A stretch of DNA of 64,000 bases, taken from the NCBI GenBank assembly GCA_023665525.1, contig JAMPDT010000003.1:4682-68681 (forward strand). Direction: 5' to 3'. The notes below the pieces were generated by a model. It did no database searches. It worked only from the letters and a program-made list of their open reading frames with translations, and was not told the origin of the DNA. Positions within the stretch are counted from its first letter, which is position 1. Each line of letters begins with the position of its first letter. This document shows, piece after piece, positions 27,681 through 37,585 of the stretch. The DNA is from Butyrivibrio sp. (lineage in GTDB: Bacteria > Bacillota > Clostridia > Lachnospirales > Lachnospiraceae). The translations under genes and the position numbers were made by a program.

Positions 27681-29039
27681 ATGTTTATGGTCGGAAGAGA
27701 GGAACAGCTTAAGGTCCTGAACGGTTATTACGTTTCGGACAAAAATAATCTGACGGTTCTGTACGGAAGGCGCGGAATCGGCAAAACCGCGCTTATAAGA
27801 ACGTTTGCGGGCGATAAGCGCCATATATGCTTCAACGCCGCGCCCGCCGCGGACTTTGATTTGCTGGAGGGCTTCAGGAAATGCGTCCGAGAGCAGATTG
27901 AGGGCTTTGAGGCGTCGGGGGACTACGCGGATATTTTTCGAGGCGTTATTTTGAGGCAGGAGGAGCCTGTCCTTTTTGTTTTTGAGGAATTTCAGAATAT
28001 AGTCAGGGCGGACGCTTCGTTTATGGGCGCGCTCGCGGCGATGATGCGCGGAAATCTCGGAGAGCGCAAGGTCATGGTGATCCTTGCAAGCTCCTCGGTG
28101 CTGTGGGTGGAAAACTCCATGGTCAAGGCGATCGGAGACGCGGCGTATTCGATTAACGCCTTTCTTAAGCTTAAGGAGTTAAGCTACGCCGATACGGTGG
28201 CAATGTTTCCCGAAATGCGCGCGCGCGATCTGCTTTATATGTACGCGGTAACGGGCGGCGTGCCGAGGTACCTTGCGGCATGGGACGGCGGCGGAGACGT
28301 GAGGAGCAATATATGCAGGCTGTTTTTGGAGGACGGGGCGCGCTTCCGGGAAGAGGCGGAGCTTTTCGTCAAGGAGGAATTCCGCGAAACGGGCGTGTAC
28401 CGCACCATACTGGGCTGTCTTGCCGCGGGCATGAACAAGCTTAACGATATACACGCCTACACAGGCTACGGAAGGGACAAAATAAGCGTATATCTGAATA
28501 ATCTTATCGGACGCGAGCTTGCGGAGAAGATTTTTTCATACGAATCGGGCGCAAGCCGCAACGTGCGCAAGGGGCTTTATCGGATAAAGGATGATTTGAC
28601 GGGCTTTTGGTTCAGGTTCGTATATCCTTATTACGGGCTTTTGGAGCGCGCGGGAGCGGAGAGCTTTTATGACAGGTATATAGGAGAGCGGCTTGACGGC
28701 TTTGCGCTCGAGGCGTTTATCGGGATCGCCGCAGAGCTTATGCAGCTTATGAACGACGCGGGACGGCTTGCCGTGCGCGGCGAATATATGGGCAGATGGT
28801 ACGGCAAGGCGGGCGATATTCATATAATATACGGCGACGGAACGGCTTTCGCGGTCGGACAGGCGTATACGGGAGGCGAACCGATAGGAAGAACGGAGCT
28901 TGAAGAACTTCGCGAAAGCGTAAAGCTCGCGGGCATAAACGCGGAGCAGTATTTTCTTTTTTCCGCGGGGGGCTTTGACGGAGAGCTTGAAAAGCTCGGG
29001 GGAAAGAGCCTTATGCTGATCGGGATCGACGATTTATAG
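27681..29039 (+). CDS. Archaeal-type (DUF234-like) ATPase, divergent copy
   Basis: GREEQL; YGRRGIGKT; GGVPRYL; FWFRF. Walker B is EEFQ and the C-terminal nuclease motif is eroded. Confidence 0.8.
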   Translation: MFMVGREEQLKVLNGYYVSDKNNLTVLYGRRGIGKTALIRTFAGDKRHICFNAAPAADFDLLEGFRKCVREQIEGFEASGDYADIFRGVILRQEEPVLFVFEEFQNIVRADASFMGALAAMMRGNLGERKVMVILASSSVLWVENSMVKAIGDAAYSINAFLKLKELSYADTVAMFPEMRARDLLYMYAVTGGVPRYLAAWDGGGDVRSNICRLFLEDGARFREEAELFVKEEFRETGVYRTILGCLAAGMNKLNDIHAYTGYGRDKISVYLNNLIGRELAEKIFSYESGASRNVRKGLYRIKDDLTGFWFRFVYPYYGLLERAGAESFYDRYIGERLDGFALEAFIGIAAELMQLMNDAGRLAVRGEYMGRWYGKAGDIHIIYGDGTAFAVGQAYTGGEPIGRTELEELRESVKLAGINAEQYFLFSAGGFDGELEKLGGKSLMLIGIDDL

Positions 29040-29053
29040 AAAGAGAGCTTTAT

Positions 29054-31051
29054 ATGGCAAAAAGTTTGTTTATAGCCGAAAAGCCGAGCGTTGCGCAGGA
29101 ATTTATGAAATCGCTCGGAAAGCAGGCGGCAAGGCGCGACGGGTACGCGGAGTCCGAGGACGCGGTTTTCACATGGTGCGTGGGGCACCTTGTGACGATG
29201 AGCTATCCCGCGGCATACGATACGGCGCTTAAAAGGTGGAGCATGGAAACGCTCCCCTTCATACCGACCGAGTGGAGGTACGAGGTTATCCCCGCGGTAA
29301 AAAAACAGTTTGACGTCGTGTCGGGACTTCTTAAAAGGGAGGACATCGACACGATTTATGTTTGTACGGACTCGGGGCGCGAGGGAGAGTACATATACCG
29401 TCTTGTCGAGCAGATGTCGGGCGTTTCGGGCAAAAAAAGAAGGCGCGTATGGATAGATTCCCAGACGGAGGAGGAAATAAAGCGCGGCGTCGAACAGGCG
29501 AAGGATCTGTCGGAGTACGACAGCCTTTCCGACGCGGCGTATCTGCGCGCCAAGGAGGACTATCTTATGGGAATTAATTTTTCCAGGGTCCTCACGCTCA
29601 AATACGGAAACGCGATTTCGTCCTTCTTAAGGAGCAGCGGGCGCACCGTTATCGCGGTGGGGCGCGTTATGACCTGCGTGCTGGGAATGGTGGTGAAGCG
29701 GGAGCGCGAGATACGCGATTTTGTGAAAACCCCCTTTTACCGTGTGCTTGCCTCGGTGAGCCTTGACGGGGACAGGAGCTTTGAGGCGGAGTGGAGAGCC
29801 GCCGAGGGCTCGGCGTATTTTGGATCCCCTTTTTTGTATAAGGAAAACGGCTTCAAGGAGGAGGCGCGCGCGAGGGAGCTTATCGGCAGAATGAGCGCGA
29901 ACCCTCCGCTTGTCATGCAGGTGCAGTCGGCGGAGCGCAAAAACGAGAATAAGCAGCCGCCGCTTTTGTATAATCTTGCGGAGCTTCAGAACGACTGCTC
30001 CAAATTTTTTAAGCTGAGTCCCGACGAGACGCTTAAGCACACGCAGGAGCTTTACGAGAAAAAGCTTGTCACCTATCCGAGAACGGACGCGAGGGTGCTT
30101 TCGAGCGCCGTGGCTAAGGTTATTGAGCGCAATATCGCAGGGCTTAAAAATTTGGGAGAATATCGGGAGTTTGCCGCGAATATTCTTGAGAGAGGCGCGC
30201 ACAGGGGAATTTCCAAAAGCAGATACGTAAACGATAAGCAGATAACGGACCATTACGCGATAATCCCCACGGGTCAGGGCTTTGGCGCGCTGGGCAGTCT
30301 TTCGCCCGTAACGAAAAGCGTTTATTACGCAATCGTGCGCAGGTTCCTGTGTATTTTTTATCCGGCGGCGGTCTACCGTAAGGCGGGGATCGTGCTTAAG
30401 CGCGAAACGGAGAGCTTTTTTGCCAATTTCAAGGTGCTTGCCGACGAGGGCTACCTTAGGGTGCTTGATTCGTGGAAAAAGAACCGTTCCGACGACGAGG
30501 ACGGGGAAAACGGTACAAAATGCGACGCGGCGCTGCTTGAGCGTCTTAAAAGCATTAAAAAGGGCGATCTGCTTGAGGTAAAGGAGTTTGCAATAAAGGA
30601 GGGGGAAACCTCTCCGCCGAAGCGCTACAATTCGGGCTCGATGATTCTCGCGATGGAGAACGCGGGACAGCTTATAGAGGACGAGGAGCTTCGCGCGCAG
30701 ATAAAGGGCAGCGGAATCGGCACGAGCGCGACGCGCGCCGAGATACTCAAAAAACTTGTTGACAAAAAATACATTATGCTCAACAATAAAACACAGATAA
30801 TAACTCCGGCGCAGCTTGGCGAGATGGTGTACGACGTTGTGAACGGCTCCGTCACAAGGCTTTTGGATCCGCAGCTCACGGCAAGCTGGGAAAAGGGGCT
30901 TACGGGAGTGGCAAACGGAAACATTTCCACGGAGGAATATCTCGGAAAGCTGGAGGCTTTTATAGTCAGAAACACCAATCTTGTCAAGGGGCTTAACAAT
31001 CAGTACGATTTGAGGGAGTTTTTTGACAGGTCGGCGGCATATTATAAATAA
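29054..31051 (+). CDS. topB: DNA topoisomerase III
   Basis: IAEKPS TOPRIM; TDSGREGE; TYPRTD catalytic Tyr; GIGTSATRA. Confidence 0.93.
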   Translation: MAKSLFIAEKPSVAQEFMKSLGKQAARRDGYAESEDAVFTWCVGHLVTMSYPAAYDTALKRWSMETLPFIPTEWRYEVIPAVKKQFDVVSGLLKREDIDTIYVCTDSGREGEYIYRLVEQMSGVSGKKRRRVWIDSQTEEEIKRGVEQAKDLSEYDSLSDAAYLRAKEDYLMGINFSRVLTLKYGNAISSFLRSSGRTVIAVGRVMTCVLGMVVKREREIRDFVKTPFYRVLASVSLDGDRSFEAEWRAAEGSAYFGSPFLYKENGFKEEARARELIGRMSANPPLVMQVQSAERKNENKQPPLLYNLAELQNDCSKFFKLSPDETLKHTQELYEKKLVTYPRTDARVLSSAVAKVIERNIAGLKNLGEYREFAANILERGAHRGISKSRYVNDKQITDHYAIIPTGQGFGALGSLSPVTKSVYYAIVRRFLCIFYPAAVYRKAGIVLKRETESFFANFKVLADEGYLRVLDSWKKNRSDDEDGENGTKCDAALLERLKSIKKGDLLEVKEFAIKEGETSPPKRYNSGSMILAMENAGQLIEDEELRAQIKGSGIGTSATRAEILKKLVDKKYIMLNNKTQIITPAQLGEMVYDVVNGSVTRLLDPQLTASWEKGLTGVANGNISTEEYLGKLEAFIVRNTNLVKGLNNQYDLREFFDRSAAYYK

Positions 31052-31077
31052 TCGGAATCGGATATGGGAGGAATATT

Positions 31078-32898
31078 ATGTGCGGAATAGTGGGGTATAC
31101 AGGCCACAGGGATTGCAGCGACGTTCTCATCGACGGACTGCGCAAGCTCGAATACAGGGGATACGACTCCGCGGGAATCGCAGTTTTTGAAAACAACAAA
31201 ATAGTCGTGGAAAAATGCCAAGGCAAGCTTGACAATCTTGTGAACAAGATGAAAACGGACGGAAAGCCGTCGGGGCACTGCGGAATCGGACATACGAGGT
31301 GGGCGACCCACGGGGAGCCGTCGGACATCAATTCCCACCCTCACGGAAATAAAAGGGTTTCCGTCGTCCACAACGGAATCATAGAAAATTATGCGGGCAT
31401 AAAGTCGTTTTTGGAGGAGCAGGGTTACAGCTTCGTGAGCCAGACGGACACGGAAACAGTCGCAAAGCTTCTTGATTACTATTATAACGGAGATCCCGTC
31501 GATACCATAATAAAGGTGCTTTCGGAGATAGAGGGCTCGTATGCGCTGGGAATCGCGTTTCGGGATTTTCCCGACAGGATTTACGCGGCGCGCAAGGACA
31601 GCCCGCTTATTATCGGAGTGGGCGACGGCGAGAATTTCATAGCCTCCGACGTGCCCGCGATCCTTAATTATACAAGGGATTATTACCTTTTGGAGCAGGA
31701 GGAAATAGCCGTTTTATCCTCGGATAAAATAAGGATTTACGATATTCATAAGGAGCTTGTGCAAAAGGAGCTGCAAACGGCGGACTGGGACGTTGATTCC
31801 GCGCAGAAGGGCGGCTACGAGCATTTTATGCTTAAGGAGATACATGAGCAGCCGCAGGCGATACGGACCACGATTACGCCGAGAATAGCGGACGGTATGC
31901 CCGACTTTTCCGAGTGCGGACTTACCGACGAGGTGCTTGCGTCGTACCGCGGCATATATATTGTGGCGTGCGGAACCGCCATGCACGCGGGAATGGTCGG
32001 CAAATACGTTATAGAAAGACTGGCGAGGGTTCCCGTTACGGTGGATATGGCGTCGGAGTTCCGCTACCGCGAGCCGATTATCGGCGAGGGGGATTTGGTC
32101 ATACTTATCTCGCAGTCGGGTGAAACCGCCGATACCAAGGAGGCGCTTAAAATATCAAAGCTAAAGGGTGCGAAAACCCTTGCGCTCGTGAACGTCAAGG
32201 GCTCCTCAATAGCGCGCGAGGCGGATATGGTTATGTATACGCACGCGGGACCCGAAATATCCGTCGCCTCCACCAAGGCGTTTACGGTCCAGCTTTCAAT
32301 GATGTATCTTTTTGCCTTTAAGCTCGCCTTCGTCAAAGGAAAAATGAGCGGGGAGGAATGCGCCTCATATGTAAAAAAGCTTCAGGAAATCCCCGACATT
32401 ATAGACTCGTATCTGAACGAGAAAAATCAGGTTCAGTACGCCGCCTCCAAAATAATGAACGCGGACAGTCTTCTCTATATCGGAAGGGGGCTTGACTATG
32501 CCCTTTGCATGGAGGGCTCGTTAAAGCTCAAGGAGATTTCCTATATACATTCGGAGGCGGACGCGGCGGGAGAGCTTAAGCACGGACCGATTGCGCTGAT
32601 TTCCGACCAAACGCCCGTTGTAGCCGTGGCTACTCAGAGCGATCTGTACGAGAAAACCGTAAGCAATATTAAGGAGGTTAAGGCAAGGGGCGCTAAGGTC
32701 GTGCTTATGTGCGGCGCAAACGCCGAGGTCGGCGCGGACGTCGCCGATTATATAATCCGCATACCCGAAACCGACGTGCTGCTTATGCCGATTGTCGCGT
32801 CGGTGCCCTTGCAGCTTATGGCGTATTACACGGCGGTGCTGAGAGGAAACGACGTCGATCAGCCGCGCAATCTTGCGAAATCCGTTACGGTGGAATGA
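31078..32898 (+). CDS. glmS: Glutamine-fructose-6-phosphate aminotransferase
   Basis: MCGIVG; EYRGYDSAG; GHTRWATHG; SQSGET; QPRNLAKSVTVE. Confidence 0.98.
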   Translation: MCGIVGYTGHRDCSDVLIDGLRKLEYRGYDSAGIAVFENNKIVVEKCQGKLDNLVNKMKTDGKPSGHCGIGHTRWATHGEPSDINSHPHGNKRVSVVHNGIIENYAGIKSFLEEQGYSFVSQTDTETVAKLLDYYYNGDPVDTIIKVLSEIEGSYALGIAFRDFPDRIYAARKDSPLIIGVGDGENFIASDVPAILNYTRDYYLLEQEEIAVLSSDKIRIYDIHKELVQKELQTADWDVDSAQKGGYEHFMLKEIHEQPQAIRTTITPRIADGMPDFSECGLTDEVLASYRGIYIVACGTAMHAGMVGKYVIERLARVPVTVDMASEFRYREPIIGEGDLVILISQSGETADTKEALKISKLKGAKTLALVNVKGSSIAREADMVMYTHAGPEISVASTKAFTVQLSMMYLFAFKLAFVKGKMSGEECASYVKKLQEIPDIIDSYLNEKNQVQYAASKIMNADSLLYIGRGLDYALCMEGSLKLKEISYIHSEADAAGELKHGPIALISDQTPVVAVATQSDLYEKTVSNIKEVKARGAKVVLMCGANAEVGADVADYIIRIPETDVLLMPIVASVPLQLMAYYTAVLRGNDVDQPRNLAKSVTVE

Positions 32899-32917
32899 CG
32901 GGAATTAAGGAGACAAT

Positions 32918-33583
32918 ATGAAAGAGCTGGAAATAAAGGAATTGTTTGATCTGAAAGAAACTATCGCGGCGGATTATCTGTCGGGCTTTCGCTACCCGTG
33001 GGAGGCTTTGGGCGGAATCGCGGATTTCATAAAAAGACTTGGGGCTGCGCTTCCCTCGGAGGAGTATGACTGCCCGTCGGAAAACGTATGGATAGCCAAA
33101 ACCGCCGCCGTTGCACCGACCGCGTGTATAGACCCTCCCTGCATTATCTGCGGCGGCGCCGAGGTGAGGCACTGCGCTTTTATCAGGGGCAGCGTGATTG
33201 TGGGAGAAAACGCCGTTGTGGGAAATTCGACCGAGCTTAAGAACGTTATACTTTTTAACGGGGTCCAGGTGCCGCATTACAATTATGTCGGAGATTCCAT
33301 TTTGGGCTTTAAATCGCATATGGGCGCGGGGTCGATTACCTCCAATGTGAAATCCGACAAAACCTTGGTGGAGATAAAGACCGAAAATGAGAAAATTAAA
33401 ACAGGACTTAAGAAAATGGGAGCGATTCTCGGCGACTGTGTGGAGGTCGGCTGCGGCTCGGTGCTGAATCCGGGTACCGTGGTCGGAGCGCACACCAATA
33501 TTTATCCCCTTTCAAGCGTCAGGGGCTATGTCGCGGCGGGGAGCATTTACAAGAAGCACGGAGATATTGTGCCCAAGAATTAA
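32918..33583 (+). CDS. Hexapeptide-repeat acetyltransferase resembling the C-terminal half of GlmU
   Basis: Left-handed beta-helix repeats; PHYNYVGDS; GAGSITSN; KMGAILGD. Directly downstream of glmS. Confidence 0.8.
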   Translation: MKELEIKELFDLKETIAADYLSGFRYPWEALGGIADFIKRLGAALPSEEYDCPSENVWIAKTAAVAPTACIDPPCIICGGAEVRHCAFIRGSVIVGENAVVGNSTELKNVILFNGVQVPHYNYVGDSILGFKSHMGAGSITSNVKSDKTLVEIKTENEKIKTGLKKMGAILGDCVEVGCGSVLNPGTVVGAHTNIYPLSSVRGYVAAGSIYKKHGDIVPKN

Positions 33584-33685
33584 GCGGGTTTGGAATATAT
33601 CGGACAGCCGGGAATATATATTACTAAAAGTCGGCTTTGGCGGAACGGATGGACAGGAGCCGATAAGGATTGATGAGGTGATATA

Positions 33686-34042
33686 TTGGGAAAAAAGCTG
33701 TTGTCCGTGTTCAAGGTGCTGACGCTTGCGTATGCCGTTACGGGAATTTTGCTTTTGCTGGCAGCCTTTATTATGTATAAGGCAGGGCTGGGCGAGGGGC
33801 AGATGCGCATTTTCATTATGGTGATTTACGGCATAGCAACCATAGTGGCGGGCTTTTCGTTCGGTAAGGCAAAGGGCGGCAAAAGACTGCCGATGGGGGC
33901 TTTGATCGGTCTTTTGTATTTTGTTTTCCTTACGTTGGTGTCCTTTATTGTAAACAGAGGTTTTTACGAGGATACGCCCAAGGCGGTGCTTTCTCTTGTA
34001 ATATGCGTCGTCGGGGGAATTTTGGGCGGAGTGATGAGCTGA
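33686..34042 (+). CDS. TIGR04086 family membrane protein
   Basis: 4 TM, 118 aa, characteristic G-rich TM pattern. Confidence 0.75.
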   Translation: MGKKLLSVFKVLTLAYAVTGILLLLAAFIMYKAGLGEGQMRIFIMVIYGIATIVAGFSFGKAKGGKRLPMGALIGLLYFVFLTLVSFIVNRGFYEDTPKAVLSLVICVVGGILGGVMS

Positions 34043-34059
34043 TTTTGCCGCCGAAAAGG

Positions 34060-34089
34060 ATTGACCTTAAGGTCAATAAAAGCTATACT
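34060..34089 (+). promoter_or_regulatory. SigA promoter (TTGACC-17-TATACT) overlapped by a perfect 18-bp palindrome
   Basis: ATTGACCTTAAGGTCAAT at 34060-34077. Confidence 0.75.
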
Positions 34090-34116
34090 ATAAGCATATA
34101 AATGCGGAGGTGTTTT

Positions 34117-34893
34117 ATGAAGAACGTTGCGGATAAGGAAATAAGCGAGCTTACCAAGAATATTCAGACCGCGCAGATGCGGATAACCAATATAAGCGCG
34201 GCTATCGGAAGAGCGTATTATATGCAGAAAAAGGAGGCGCCGGAGCCTGAATTTGCGCAGATGTTCGCGGATATGGCTTCAACCGAGAAGCAGATCGAGC
34301 AGATGCAGACGAGAATTAAGTTCCTTAACGGAATCGTGGTATGCACGAACTGCAAGGCGGATAATTCGGTGAATTCCGCGTTCTGCGCCGCCTGCGGAAG
34401 CAGACTGCCCCATACCTTTACGGCGGACGGGGCGAACCGCTGTACGCGCTGCGGCAATATAATAAACCCGGGACAGCTTTTCTGCGGAAGCTGCGGACAG
34501 AAGGTTGAGAACGCGCAGAGCGCGCCCGCACCTCAGCCCGAGCCTGCGCCCGCTGCGGCTGCCGAGCCGACACCCGCGCCCGTTGTAGCTGCGGCACCGA
34601 CACCCATGCCCGCTGCGGCTGCCGAACCCGCACCTGCGCCTGTGCCTGTCGCCGAACCTGTTCAGATACCGAATCCTGCCGAAAACGCCGCCGTGCAGAC
34701 GGCGCAGGAGCAGACCTTTTTCGCCGAAGCAGCCGCGGCAGCCGAGAACACGGAGCAGACGGCGCAGGAAAATGCTTGCGAGCAGTTTACGGAGCCGCAG
34801 AATGAAGCGGCAGCCTGCTGTCCGAACTGTGGCACGCCGATTAAGGTTATGGACGCGCTTTTCTGCGCGGAATGCGGAACAAGGCTCAGGTAA
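34117..34893 (+). CDS. Zinc-ribbon domain protein (coiled coil, double zinc ribbon, Pro/Ala linker, zinc ribbon)
   Basis: CTNC..CAACG, CTRCG..CGSCG, CPNCG..CAECG; PAPAAAAE repeats. Confidence 0.85.
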   Translation: MKNVADKEISELTKNIQTAQMRITNISAAIGRAYYMQKKEAPEPEFAQMFADMASTEKQIEQMQTRIKFLNGIVVCTNCKADNSVNSAFCAACGSRLPHTFTADGANRCTRCGNIINPGQLFCGSCGQKVENAQSAPAPQPEPAPAAAAEPTPAPVVAAAPTPMPAAAAEPAPAPVPVAEPVQIPNPAENAAVQTAQEQTFFAEAAAAAENTEQTAQENACEQFTEPQNEAAACCPNCGTPIKVMDALFCAECGTRLR

Positions 34894-34911
34894 TCAATAT
34901 ACATAACCGAC

Positions 34912-34940
34912 AGGGCAGCGGATAAGTCCGTTGCCCTTAA
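34912..34940 (+). terminator. Probable terminator hairpin
   Basis: AGGGCAGCGGA/TCCGTTGCCCT stem. Confidence 0.55.
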
Positions 34941-34975
34941 ATTAAGTTAAAGCATTGCTTTGGAGGAAATGGACG

Positions 34976-36076
34976 ATGTCGGGTTCAACTTTCGGAACCT
35001 TATTTAAAATAACGACTTGGGGGGAATCGCACGGCGCGGGCTTGGGCGCGGTTATCGACGGCTGTCCCGCGGGTCTGCCGCTTTGCGGGGAGGACATACA
35101 GCGCTTTTTGGACAGGCGTAAGCCGGGCCAGTCCGCCTATGTCACACAGCGTAAGGAAAGCGATACGGCGCGCATAATGTCGGGAGTTTTCGAGGGGAAA
35201 ACCACGGGAACCCCCATAGCGATTGTGATTGAAAACGAAAATCAGCGCTCCGCCGATTATTCGGACATAGCCTTGGTGTACAGACCCGGACACGCGGATT
35301 ATACCTACGACGCGAAATACGGCTTCAGGGATTACCGAGGCGGCGGGAGATCGTCGGGCAGGGAAACCGCGGCGAGAGTGGCAGGAGGCGCAGTGGCGGC
35401 AAAGCTGCTTGAGCGGCTTGGGATTAAGGTGTGCGCCTATTCGCAGTGCATAGGCGGAAACGGCATAGATTACGGCAGATTTGACCTTAAGGAGCGCGAG
35501 CAGAACCCCTTTGCCATGCCCGATCGTGAAGCCGCAAAGGCGGTGGAGGCGGACGCGAAGGCGGCTGTCGGCAGTCTTGACTCCCTCGGAGGTATAATCG
35601 AGTGCGTAATATCGGGTATGCCCGCGGGAATAGGGGAGCCTGTTTTTGACAAGCTGGACGCGAATCTTGCGAAGGCGGTACTTTCGATAGGCGCCGTCAA
35701 GGGCTTTGAAATTGGCGACGGTTTTATGGTGGCGGAGCTTAAGGGCAGCGAGAACAACGACGAATTTTATATGGACGGCGGCAAAATAAAAAAACGCACC
35801 AACCATTCGGGCGGAGTATTGGGCGGCATAAGCGACGGCGGGGATATTGTTTTCCGCGCGGCAGTAAAGCCCACGCCCTCAATCGCCTCCTTGCAGAGCA
35901 CGGTTACGAGGGACGGCGAGGATACGAGCATTGCCGTAAAGGGGCGGCACGACCCCATGATAGTACCGAGGGCTGTGGTCGTGGTTGAGGCTATGGCGGC
36001 GTGCACGGTTGCGGATCTGCTTTTGCAGAATCTCGGCTCGCGCCTCGATAATGTCATCAAAATATATGAAAGGTAG
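34976..36076 (+). CDS. aroC: Chorismate synthase
   Basis: TWGESHG; RPGHAD; [10 protein letters not shown]; KPTPSI; GRHDP. Confidence 0.97.
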   Translation: MSGSTFGTLFKITTWGESHGAGLGAVIDGCPAGLPLCGEDIQRFLDRRKPGQSAYVTQRKESDTARIMSGVFEGKTTGTPIAIVIENENQRSADYSDIALVYRPGHADYTYDAKYGFRDYRGGGRSSGRETAARVAGGAVAAKLLERLGIKVCAYSQCIGGNGIDYGRFDLKEREQNPFAMPDREAAKAVEADAKAAVGSLDSLGGIIECVISGMPAGIGEPVFDKLDANLAKAVLSIGAVKGFEIGDGFMVAELKGSENNDEFYMDGGKIKKRTNHSGGVLGGISDGGDIVFRAAVKPTPSIASLQSTVTRDGEDTSIAVKGRHDPMIVPRAVVVVEAMAACTVADLLLQNLGSRLDNVIKIYER

Positions 36077-36111
36077 TTCCTTTTTGACCGACGATAAAGG
36101 AATTTCGGAAT

Positions 36112-37248
36112 ATGTACAGAATTATATGCACGGACAAAAGAGCCAAGCGCGCGGAGCTTAAAACAGTCCACGGAACGATACAGACGCCCGTATTTATGAA
36201 CGTCGGCACGGTCGGCGCGATAAAGGGGGCGGTTTCCGCCTCCGATCTTAAGGAGATAGGAACGCAGGTGGAGCTTTCCAATACTTACCATCTCCATGTG
36301 AGAACGGGCGACGAGGTGATAAAGGAGATGGGAGGGCTTCGCCGTTTTATGAACTGGGACGGACCGATACTTACGGATTCGGGCGGCTTTCAGGTGTTCT
36401 CGCTTGCGGGACTGCGCAAAATAAAGGAGGAGGGCGTCTCCTTCCGTTCACACATAGACGGGCGCAAAATTTTTATGGGTCCCGAGGAAAGTATGCACAT
36501 ACAGTCAAATCTCGGCTCGACCATAGCCATGGCGTTTGACGAATGCGTTGAAAATCCTTCGCCGAGGGACTATGTTCAAAAATCAGTTGACAGAACCACA
36601 AGATGGCTTGTAAGATGTAAGAATGAGTTAAAAAGACTTAACGCGCTGCCCGATACCGTAAATCCCTCGCAAATGCTGTTCGGAATCAATCAGGGCGGAG
36701 TGTACGACGATATTCGCATAAATCACGCGAAGGAAATAGCGGAGCTTGATTTGGACGGATACGCAATCGGCGGTTTGGCGGTCGGAGAATCCCACGAGGA
36801 AATGTACCGCATACTTGATTCGACCGTGCCGTATCTACCCGCGGACAAGCCCACCTACCTTATGGGCGTGGGAACTCCCGCCAATATTTTGGAGGGCGTC
36901 GAGCGCGGAGTTGATTTTTTCGACTGCGTTTACCCAACGCGCAACGGAAGGCATGGACACGTCTATACGCACAGGGGCAGGCTCAATCTTTTTAACGCAA
37001 GGTACGAAAGGGATATGTCGCCCATCGAGGAGGGCTGCGGCTGTCCCGTATGCCGAAGCTACAACAGAGCGTATATAAGGCATTTGCTGAAGGCGGGGGA
37101 AATGCTGGGAATGAGGCTTTGCGTCCTTCATAATCTGTATTTTTACAATCATCTTATGGAGGAAATAAGGTACGCCATAGAGGAGCAAAGATATGGCGAA
37201 TTTAAAAAGAAAACATTGGAAGCAATGAATCGGGAGGACAGAAAATGA
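36112..37248 (+). CDS. tgt: tRNA-guanine transglycosylase
   Basis: TDSGGFQ; GGLAVGE; YLMGVG; DCVYPTRNGR; CGCPVC Zn site. Confidence 0.97.
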   Translation: MYRIICTDKRAKRAELKTVHGTIQTPVFMNVGTVGAIKGAVSASDLKEIGTQVELSNTYHLHVRTGDEVIKEMGGLRRFMNWDGPILTDSGGFQVFSLAGLRKIKEEGVSFRSHIDGRKIFMGPEESMHIQSNLGSTIAMAFDECVENPSPRDYVQKSVDRTTRWLVRCKNELKRLNALPDTVNPSQMLFGINQGGVYDDIRINHAKEIAELDLDGYAIGGLAVGESHEEMYRILDSTVPYLPADKPTYLMGVGTPANILEGVERGVDFFDCVYPTRNGRHGHVYTHRGRLNLFNARYERDMSPIEEGCGCPVCRSYNRAYIRHLLKAGEMLGMRLCVLHNLYFYNHLMEEIRYAIEEQRYGEFKKKTLEAMNREDRK

Positions 37249-37541
37249 TTTTAGCGGCGTCAAGCGGAACAAACATTTTATTTATTGTGGGATATATTGC
37301 CTTTTTCGCAGTATTGATGTATTTTATCGCAATCAGACCACAGAAGAAGCAGCAGAAGAAGCAGCAAGAGCTTTTAAGCTCCATGGAGGTGGGAGACAGC
37401 GTGCTTACCACGAGCGGCTTCTACGGCGTGGTTATTGATATTACCGACGATACGGTTATCGTCGAGTTCGGAAGCAACAAAAATTGTAGGATTCCCATGC
37501 AGAAATCCGCCATTGTCGAGATTGAAAAGGCGGAGGAGTAG
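37245..37541 (+). CDS. yajC: Preprotein translocase subunit YajC
   Basis: IRPQKKQQ; GDSVLTTSGFYG; follows tgt. Confidence 0.93.
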   Translation: MILAASSGTNILFIVGYIAFFAVLMYFIAIRPQKKQQKKQQELLSSMEVGDSVLTTSGFYGVVIDITDDTVIVEFGSNKNCRIPMQKSAIVEIEKAEE

Positions 37542-37585
37542 GGAATAATACGGTAAAAATATAATTTAATTTAAGGAGGACATCT

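Noticed and set aside
25944-27824. Long antisense ORFs (e.g. 626 aa here, 453 aa at 60822-62183, 397 aa at 59090-60283)
   Set aside because: Shadow ORFs opposite well-supported genes in GC-rich coding DNA; no recognisable motifs.
31051-31078. glmS ribozyme upstream of glmS
   Set aside because: Only 26 bp separate topB and glmS, leaving no room, and no ribozyme core sequence is present.
24581-37541. Separation of queA from tgt-yajC as evidence of an inserted island
   Set aside because: The intervening genes are housekeeping with host-like composition and there are no mobility signatures; ordinary rearrangement is enough.
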